Below are positions 58,501 through 64,000 of a stretch of 64,000 bases of DNA, one piece after another; position 1 is the stretch's first letter; each line of letters begins with the position of its first letter. Below the pieces are notes generated by a model, which ran no database searches, was not told the origin of the DNA, and saw only the letters and a program-made list of their open reading frames with translations. Source of the stretch: a virus; IMG/VR virus record IMGVR_UViG_3300020174_000004, positions 1-64,000 of that record. One strand, 5' to 3'. Both the position numbers and the translations under genes were made by a program.

Positions 58501-59043
58501 ACTGAAACAGAATCAAATACATTATATATGAAAAGAACGGCTAATGATACTGTTACAGCAAATACACTATGGCAAGATAGTAAGCAAATTCAATTAGGAA
58601 CCGGCGGGGATTTAAAAATTTATCATGATGGAACAAATGCCGTTTTAAATAATGATACTGGTAGTTTTTTATTTTATGAGGTAACAGGCGGAAGTTATAT
58701 ATGGCATGTTGCAGGCGCTAATAAGTTACAACTTGATTCTTCCGGAAATTTAACAGCAGCTGGAAATATAACTGCTTATTCTGATGTTAGATTAAAGAAA
58801 GAAATAAAAACAATTGATAATGCATTAAATAAAGTAACAAGCCTTCGTGGTGTAAACTTTATTAAAGATGAAGAATATCAAATGGGTGTAATTGCACAAG
58901 AAGTTGAAGAAATTATTCCGGAAGTTATATTAACAAATAATGAAGGAATTAAAAGTGTTGCATATGGAAATATGGTTGGTCTTTTAATTGAAGCTATTAA
59001 AGAATTAAAAATGGAAATAGAAGAATTAAAAGGTAAAAAATAA
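55549..59043 (+). CDS. Long tail fibre with internal repeats and peptidase S74 chaperone
   Basis: DKDFVVKNGL N-terminus; repeats; HTHDGRYYTE; YSDVRLKKEI, GVIAQEVE. Confidence 0.88.
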   Translation: MADKDFVVKNGLVVNTDLIVANTDSNRVGINTSSPDSTLTVSGTANVSGNVVFSDKVSVGNTISVGSNATISGHINVASTANVGGATTLRGSLTVNGATIVANTLSAGNTSLANTNITGYINTTSTANIGGATTLRGSLTVNGATIVANTISTGNNTITGFINVSSTANVGGATTLRSTLDVTGATTLNNTLSAGNTSLANTNITGYINTTSTANVGGATTLRSTLDVTGATTLNNTLSAGNTSLANTNITGFINASSTANIGGATTLRSTLDVTGATTLNNTLAVGNTSVTGFITATTNSTFSGDTTTVKGIRFSTDSSYTVGNTSHRPLKIWSDDIETENITITGFITGTIAPASSIIPTTNLSADLGSSEKWFDELFVGSITTNTFTVSDGGDGVSITSNTQSFKSNSSITAISIRANTTSSNTTLSGNLVTITSNTNVSVANLTVTNGTFISTNGSVTTTVNNSTIQIGGGATVNSTIFTGASNNSTYLNGQLASYYTNATNLSTGTVASARIAGSYTGITGVGTISTGTWQGSQISTTYTQAKITSISGGNGLTGTVTTSGSISVLANTGIVANGTGTYVNTAYIATINANNATYFNGQAASYYTGYSDTKAEAAYSNAVSYAGTIAGTAYSNAISYAGTIAGTAYSNAVSYAGTIAGTAYSNATTFSANASNLGNGTVPSGRINGSYTGITGVGTISTGTWQGSQISTTYTQAKVTSVSGGNGLTGTVTTSGSISVLANTGIVANGTGLYVNSSYIGTLSSNNATYFNGQAASYYTGYSDTKAATAYSNAISYATNASNISSGTLNAARLPYTINQNLGTSNAPTFDGLYLTGGLSLTGDITTYRSDAVTTGVIFLGNSGSNYLYYNGSYYDMPGAELYVNGYQVVKNTGTWGISVTGNAATATKWATARTLSLTGAVTGSASVDGSGNISLATIATSDPTLTLSGDASGSATFTNLGNATLSVTVADDSHTHDGRYYTETESNTLYMKRTANDTVTANTLWQDSKQIQLGTGGDLKIYHDGTNAVLNNDTGSFLFYEVTGGSYIWHVAGANKLQLDSSGNLTAAGNITAYSDVRLKKEIKTIDNALNKVTSLRGVNFIKDEEYQMGVIAQEVEEIIPEVILTNNEGIKSVAYGNMVGLLIEAIKELKMEIEELKGKK
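55780..56420 (+). repeat. Five tandem ~41-46 aa repeats in fibre
   Basis: STANVGGATTLR...GAT..NTLSAGNTSLANTNITG recurs with long DNA identity. Confidence 0.85.
57100..57950 (+). repeat. Direct duplication (period 516 bp) with nested 45-bp tandem repeats
   Basis: GSYTGITGVGTISTGTWQGSQISTTYTQAK... twice; AYSNAVSYAGTIAGT three times at about 57407-57555. Confidence 0.85.
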
Positions 59044-59834
59044 TGGCAAATGAAGACGTAAATTCATCTGTTAATTATTGGAATGCAAATTATTCTGGTT
59101 ATGGCACTATGAGCAAGAATTTTTTGTCTATGCGTACAATTCTTAATAATAACTCTGCTTATTCTGCTTATGATCTACAAGGAATGTATAATGCAATATA
59201 TGCCTTTACACCACCAGTTGTTAAATGTTTTTCAAGAACATCAGCAGTTCTCATGTCTGATCTTTCATGGAAATGGATACACGAATTAGAAACTGGCGAT
59301 ATGATTTTTACATCAGATGGTCCTTCTGCTTTATCTCACTTACATATAACTAAACTTGGATTTAGAAGAATGTATGAGATGTATGATGGAAGTCTTTCAT
59401 TTTCTTCTGATCATTGCTTATGGGTTAGAAGAAATGAAGGTGATTATTTTTGGGTGATGGATAAAAATGATTTACAAACTTCTTGCTCCATTGCCAATAG
59501 TCCAGTTATTAACAATATTGATAATGCCTTTATTGGTTCTGTTGATAGAGAAGAACAATTTGCACATGTAACTGGATGGAAAACTAATAAACCGGTTCTT
59601 ACTGGAATAACTGCTCCCGATTATACTTTATACTCACCTGTTGTAGAAAATAAAGGTTTAATAGTTGTGAATGGTTATCTTGTAGATTCCGATTCAAACG
59701 AATCAACTAATAATTATAATTTTAATTGGGATGATATTATAAACAATGATATATCCAATTCAATGGATAGTTTACCAGAATTATTATCACAATATATCAA
59801 ATATAGGACAGAAAATCCAAACGAAATTCCATGA
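59043..59834 (+). CDS. Hint (intein-like) domain protein with 61-aa N-terminal segment
   Basis: C62-FSRTSAVLMSD.SWKWIHELETGD (block A), SSDHCLWV (block B), LYS...IVVNGYLVDS (blocks F/G, lacking terminal HN). Confidence 0.72.
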   Translation: MANEDVNSSVNYWNANYSGYGTMSKNFLSMRTILNNNSAYSAYDLQGMYNAIYAFTPPVVKCFSRTSAVLMSDLSWKWIHELETGDMIFTSDGPSALSHLHITKLGFRRMYEMYDGSLSFSSDHCLWVRRNEGDYFWVMDKNDLQTSCSIANSPVINNIDNAFIGSVDREEQFAHVTGWKTNKPVLTGITAPDYTLYSPVVENKGLIVVNGYLVDSDSNESTNNYNFNWDDIINNDISNSMDSLPELLSQYIKYRTENPNEIP

Positions 59835-60676
59835 GGTGTTTTATGATTAAATTTATTATGATTTTTACTATGTTATTTTCATCTATTGCAATTGCAAGTG
59901 ATAAAGAAAAAGTGAATGTTTATAACAAGTATAGAATGGGTGGACCTCCTGGTGTTACTCTAAAAATTCTATTAGATACTATGAATCATTATGATAGTAA
60001 ACATACTTATGTTTATTCTCAGATTACTGGTGCTAAAGGTGAAGCAGCAATTTCTAGAGGATTTATTGCAAAAGAAAAATCTCTAATATATGGTGCAAGT
60101 TCAGATTTTACATTTAATAGAATTACAAAAACAAAAACAAAGTATGACAAAAGTAAAGATTTTACTATAATATATGGTACTTCTGGTGTATATTGGAGTT
60201 TAATGATTGATAAGAAATCAAATATTAAAACAGTAAAAGATTTAATTAATAATATTAAAACTGGTGATAGTAAATTTTATGCAGATTATACAAGTAGTGC
60301 TGCAAGTAAATTTTTAACTGAAAGATTTTTAAAAAATAATAATATTTTTGGTTTAATGAAACCTGTTTTATACACTAAAATGTCTGATATTAATAGATCG
60401 ATTGCAAGTGGAGAAACTAATTTTATTTTTCTGCCAGCAGCATCAGTCAAAGTTGGAAAATCTTTATTAAAAACTGATATGATGAGTATATCAATATTTT
60501 TTAGTAGTAAAAGACATGAAAAATTTGCTATGTCTATTATTCCTATTTTAGAAAAAGTATGTAGTGATTCGATATATAAAGCAGTATTAAAAAGATTTGG
60601 TCGTGAAGATAGATGTTATGACACAAAATATGTGAATGAGTATATTAATAATGAATGGAAATCTATACAACCCTAA
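59831..60676 (+). CDS. Exported protein, TctC/Bug-like solute-binding fold (tentative)
   Basis: Signal peptide; GG motif, GAKGEAA, DFTII, IKTVKDLI, Y...IASGETN pattern. Confidence 0.5.
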   Translation: MRCFMIKFIMIFTMLFSSIAIASDKEKVNVYNKYRMGGPPGVTLKILLDTMNHYDSKHTYVYSQITGAKGEAAISRGFIAKEKSLIYGASSDFTFNRITKTKTKYDKSKDFTIIYGTSGVYWSLMIDKKSNIKTVKDLINNIKTGDSKFYADYTSSAASKFLTERFLKNNNIFGLMKPVLYTKMSDINRSIASGETNFIFLPAASVKVGKSLLKTDMMSISIFFSSKRHEKFAMSIIPILEKVCSDSIYKAVLKRFGREDRCYDTKYVNEYINNEWKSIQP

Positions 60677-61865
60677 GTTTGGTTATTATCAGTATAATAA
60701 TCAAATATTTTCTACTAAAGAAGATATGTTTGATTATATTTTAGAAAACTGTAATGATGAACAAATAAAAAATATTCCAAATACATTATATAATTTTCAT
60801 AATGAAGTCTTTCAATCTATAGATTGGAGGATAAATCCTACATTTTCAATAAACGAATTATATAAGATAAGAGCGCAACAATTAAGAGATGAATATGATT
60901 ATCTCATATTACTTTTTTCTGGCGGTGCTGATTCCACTCAAGTTTTAAATACATTTCTAGAAAATGATATATTCATTGATGAGATACAAAATTATAATTA
61001 TGATAAGGCACTAAAGAGTGTTGATAGAGATATTTTTAATAAATTTCCAAGTATTAAGATATTATTAGAATATGAATATGCTGCTAAACCAATTTTAAAA
61101 AAAGTTAAGCAAAAAAGTCCTAATACAAAAATAACATTTGTAGATACATCAGATTATGCGTATGATCAAATTGTTAATAAGAAATTTGATTTTCTTGGAA
61201 ACAAATATCATAATAGCCATACATTGCTATCAAAAGCATATAGATCATTTACACCTTATACTGCAATATACAATCAACAGAATAATAATAAAAATAAAGT
61301 TGCTTTAATAAGAGGAAATGAAAAACCAAATCTAAGAATGGACAGAGAATGGAATCTTTATTTTACATTTCAAGATTTTTTATATCCAAATGTAAAATTA
61401 TCAAGAATGGGGTACACTGATCCAAATATAGAAATTGAAGATTTTTATTGGTCTAAAGATATGCCTCTAATACCAGTAAAACAGTCTCATTTAATATTAG
61501 ATAAGATGAAAAATGATAATGAATATTTGAAAACTGTATTATCTTTTTTTGTTGGTGGGAAGAGTCCAATTCAACAAAATTTTGATATGCATAATAAAAC
61601 TGTATTTTTTAAAAGAAATTATATTGATCCTGTAATATATCCAAATTGGCAAAAGACATTTTCCGCAGAAAAAATTGGCAATGTAAATCCAGAATTTGAA
61701 ATTTTTAAAAATTTAAATTATATAGTGTATGGATATGATCAAATGAAATCTCACGGAGAATATATTCGTGAAAAATATAAAAGATTACCAATTAAATTTA
61801 TTGGCGGTTTGTTAGAGACACAGAACTATCTAATAGGTAATTTAAAAAGTCTTATCTTCAAGTAG
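60636..61865 (+). CDS. PP-loop (adenine nucleotide alpha-hydrolase) family protein
   Basis: RAQQLRDEYDYLILLFSGGADS, GNEKP, EDFYW, KQSH. Confidence 0.75.
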   Translation: MSILIMNGNLYNPKFGYYQYNNQIFSTKEDMFDYILENCNDEQIKNIPNTLYNFHNEVFQSIDWRINPTFSINELYKIRAQQLRDEYDYLILLFSGGADSTQVLNTFLENDIFIDEIQNYNYDKALKSVDRDIFNKFPSIKILLEYEYAAKPILKKVKQKSPNTKITFVDTSDYAYDQIVNKKFDFLGNKYHNSHTLLSKAYRSFTPYTAIYNQQNNNKNKVALIRGNEKPNLRMDREWNLYFTFQDFLYPNVKLSRMGYTDPNIEIEDFYWSKDMPLIPVKQSHLILDKMKNDNEYLKTVLSFFVGGKSPIQQNFDMHNKTVFFKRNYIDPVIYPNWQKTFSAEKIGNVNPEFEIFKNLNYIVYGYDQMKSHGEYIREKYKRLPIKFIGGLLETQNYLIGNLKSLIFK

Positions 61866-62216
61866 TTCTATCATATTTCTATTTTGAAATATTTCTTTCG
61901 TTACTCTATTATAATTTGATGTGTTTTTTGATCTTAAAAGATTATAATATGGTGTTTTCACATTAGTTTGATTTGTATTTGGGTCTCTGAAGTTATTCAA
62001 ACTTTTAGCATCATCGATTGTTTCTATATTTGAATATGTTAATACGGTAATAGAATCGTTTGATGTGTATGAAGTTGTATAGTTTTTTATAGAAAGGTAA
62101 TAGTTTAGTTGCCCATTAAAAGATTTTGATACCTCTTTTTCAGATTCGGACCATTCAGATAATGGCACTATTGAAGAATTTGAGTTTAAGTATCTGGTAA
62201 TAACTAAATCGTACAT
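61842..62216 (-). CDS. Hypothetical protein on minus strand
   Basis: 124 aa; GGGG RBS-like run and minus-strand TATAAATA boxes upstream. Confidence 0.6.
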   Translation of the reverse strand: MYDLVITRYLNSNSSIVPLSEWSESEKEVSKSFNGQLNYYLSIKNYTTSYTSNDSITVLTYSNIETIDDAKSLNNFRDPNTNQTNVKTPYYNLLRSKNTSNYNRVTKEIFQNRNMIELLEDKTF

Positions 62217-62220
62217 TTAG

Positions 62221-62293
62221 ACCCCTATAAATATCTTACAATATCAATTTTTATATTTATAAATAGATAAAACACATAACTATTTATAGGGGT
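62221..62293. promoter_or_regulatory. Palindromic divergent late-promoter cassette
   Basis: 13-bp perfect inverted repeat ACCCCTATAAATA/TATTTATAGGGGT around central palindrome TATTTATAAATA; four TATAAATA boxes. Confidence 0.8.
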
Positions 62294-62298
62294 TTCTA

Positions 62299-63039
62299 AT
62301 GGCCGTACCTACATCCAGAGCAGAATTTAAGGAATATTGCCTTAGAAATCTAGGCAAGCCTGTTATAGAAATCAATGTTGATGATGATCAAGTAGATGAT
62401 CGCATTGATGAGGCTTTAAAATACTACTGGGACTATCATTTTGATGGTTCAGAAAAAACATATTATAAGCATGTTATAACGGCTGATGATAAAACCAACA
62501 AATATATAACTATGCCAGAAAATATAATTGGTGTAGTAAATTTATTTGATATTGGAAATAATGTTGGAACAAATAATCTTTTTAATATTCGTTATCAAAT
62601 TGCTTTAAATGATTTATATACACTCACTTCTGTATCTATGATTCCTTATTTTATGGCAATGCAGCATATTCAATTTTTAGAATATATGCTAGTTGGAAAA
62701 CAGCCATTAAGATATAATAGACATAGAGACATTCTTCATATTGATATGGATTGGGATAAGGTAGATGTTGGTCAATATTTAATAGTTGAAGCATATCAAG
62801 TAGTAGATCCTGATATCTATACCGATGCATGGGGTGATAGATGGCTAGCCAGATATTGTACTGCTCTTGTAAAAAGACAATGGGGTAATAATTTAAAGAA
62901 ATATAATGGAATGCAACTTCCTGGTGGTCTAACTTTTAATGGTCAACAGATCTATAACGAATCAATTGATGAAATCAATGAATTAGAAAAAGAAATGATT
63001 TCATCATTTAGCTTACCGGTTACGGATATGATAGGATAA
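62299..63039 (+). CDS. 13: Neck protein gp13
   Basis: YCLRNLGKPVIEINVDDDQVDDR, YHFDG, KRQWGNNLKKY.G.QLPGG. Confidence 0.95.
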   Translation: MAVPTSRAEFKEYCLRNLGKPVIEINVDDDQVDDRIDEALKYYWDYHFDGSEKTYYKHVITADDKTNKYITMPENIIGVVNLFDIGNNVGTNNLFNIRYQIALNDLYTLTSVSMIPYFMAMQHIQFLEYMLVGKQPLRYNRHRDILHIDMDWDKVDVGQYLIVEAYQVVDPDIYTDAWGDRWLARYCTALVKRQWGNNLKKYNGMQLPGGLTFNGQQIYNESIDEINELEKEMISSFSLPVTDMIG

Positions 63040-63050
63040 AATGTATACAT

Positions 63051-63776
63051 ATGGCTACAAATTTTTTCTTTAATAATTTTAAAAATAGTCAAGAGCAATT
63101 ACTTCTCGAAAATTTGGTTATCGAGTCAATAAAAATTTATGGTGAAGATATGTATTATCTTCCTAGAACACTTGTAGATCAAGATCCAATTTATCAATCA
63201 GATTCTATTTCACAATATAATTCTGCTTATATGATTGAAATGTATATTAAGAGTGTAAATGGATTTTCTGGAGATGGTGTTTTCATGTCTAAGTTTGGTC
63301 TTGAAATTAGAGATCAAGTAACATTCTCTGTAGCTCAGAGAGTATTTAATGATGAAGTACAAACATTTACTAATATATTAAGACCAAATGAAGGTGATTT
63401 AATATATTTTCCACTTAATAAAAAAGCATTTGAAATTAAATATGTTGAAAATAAAGAATTCTTTTATCAGCTTGGAGCTCTTCAAACATATGAATTAACA
63501 TGTGAACTATTTGAATATTCATCAGAAGTATTTAATACTGGAATAGAAGAAATTGATCAAATCCAAACCAAGTTTAGTCTTAACATATTTGATTGGGCTA
63601 TACTTGATGAAAATGGTGATAGATTGCTCGATGAAAATGCTGACTATATAGTAGTAGAAGGTTATTCAGCAGGCCAAATTGATGCTTTAGCTGATAATGA
63701 AGATATTCAAACCGAGTCTGATAATTTCTTAGACTTTACAGAAAGAGATCCATTCTCAGAGGGTGGTACATATTAA
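63051..63776 (+). CDS. 14: Neck protein gp14
   Basis: EQLLLENLVIESIKIYG, SKFGLEIRD, RPNEGDLIYFP, FYQLG, CELFEYS. Confidence 0.95.
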   Translation: MATNFFFNNFKNSQEQLLLENLVIESIKIYGEDMYYLPRTLVDQDPIYQSDSISQYNSAYMIEMYIKSVNGFSGDGVFMSKFGLEIRDQVTFSVAQRVFNDEVQTFTNILRPNEGDLIYFPLNKKAFEIKYVENKEFFYQLGALQTYELTCELFEYSSEVFNTGIEEIDQIQTKFSLNIFDWAILDENGDRLLDENADYIVVEGYSAGQIDALADNEDIQTESDNFLDFTERDPFSEGGTY

Positions 63777-64000
63777 TGTTCGGTAACACATTTTATTTCA
63801 GCACAATTAGAAAATATGTAATATTATTTGGAACTTTATTTAATGATATTCATATTACCAGAACTAACGCTGCTGGTACAACAGTTCAATTATTAAAAGT
63901 TCCATTATCATATGCACCAAAGGAAAAAGTTCTTACCAGAATAGCTGCTGATCCAGAAATTGATAGACAAGCCGCCATTTTACTTCCAAGAATGTCATTT
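63776..64000 (+). CDS. 15: Tail terminator gp15 (partial, runs off the window)
   Basis: MFGNTFYFSTIRKYVILFGTLFNDI...KVPLSYAPKEK...LPRMSF. Confidence 0.93.
   Translation, partial: MFGNTFYFSTIRKYVILFGTLFNDIHITRTNAAGTTVQLLKVPLSYAPKEKVLTRIAADPEIDRQAAILLPRMSF

Noticed and set aside
47928-59043. Diversity-generating retroelement suggested by Mtd-like domains and repeats
   Set aside because: No reverse transcriptase in the window and no TR/VR pair with adenine-specific mismatches noticed; only the Mtd N-terminal domain is present
59226-59700. Canonical splicing intein
   Set aside because: C-terminal His-Asn is absent (LVDS) and there is no conserved host protein around it; treated as a Hint cleavage domain
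1-64000. Stop-codon reassignment
   Set aside because: Core genes are full length in the standard code with TAA, TGA and TAG all used as stops; the split genes restart with their own RBS-like sequence and ATG

Overview
An AT-rich segment of a large lytic T4-like myophage genome. Positions 1-19.7 kb hold nucleotide metabolism, replication and accessory genes: nrdA/nrdB, glutaredoxin, RNase H, PhoH, exonuclease, SpeD-like decarboxylase, gp33/gp59/gp32, two Asp/Asn-hydroxylase-like genes, a methyltransferase, a glycosyltransferase and a secreted TIGR02594 amidase. Positions 19.7-25.4 kb are a minus-strand tail operon (gp4, gp2, tube-like, gp26/gp51-like, muralytic tape-measure-like protein). Positions 25.5-64 kb hold baseplate, fibre and neck genes (gp48, 53, 5 split, 25, 6, 7, 8, VrlC-like split, several fibres, gp13/14/15). 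The main features not shown by the ORF track are: (1) a complete circularly permuted two-piece tmRNA of alphaproteobacterial type (tag ANDNVAPRYALAA) behind a T4 late promoter; (2) a perfect U_UUU_UUU slippery site that would fuse gp26-like to gp51-like by -1 frameshift directly upstream of the tape-measure-like gene, as in lambda G/GT; (3) a Hint-domain protein after the last fibre gene, next to PP-loop ATPase and TctC-like genes; (4) strong enrichment of [A/S/G]-N-x-[S/T] motifs in virion proteins of a phage carrying glycosyltransferases; (5) late-promoter/RBS-sequestering hairpins before both GIY-YIG nucleases and gp13. All family calls come from motif recognition by eye; no database searches were run.
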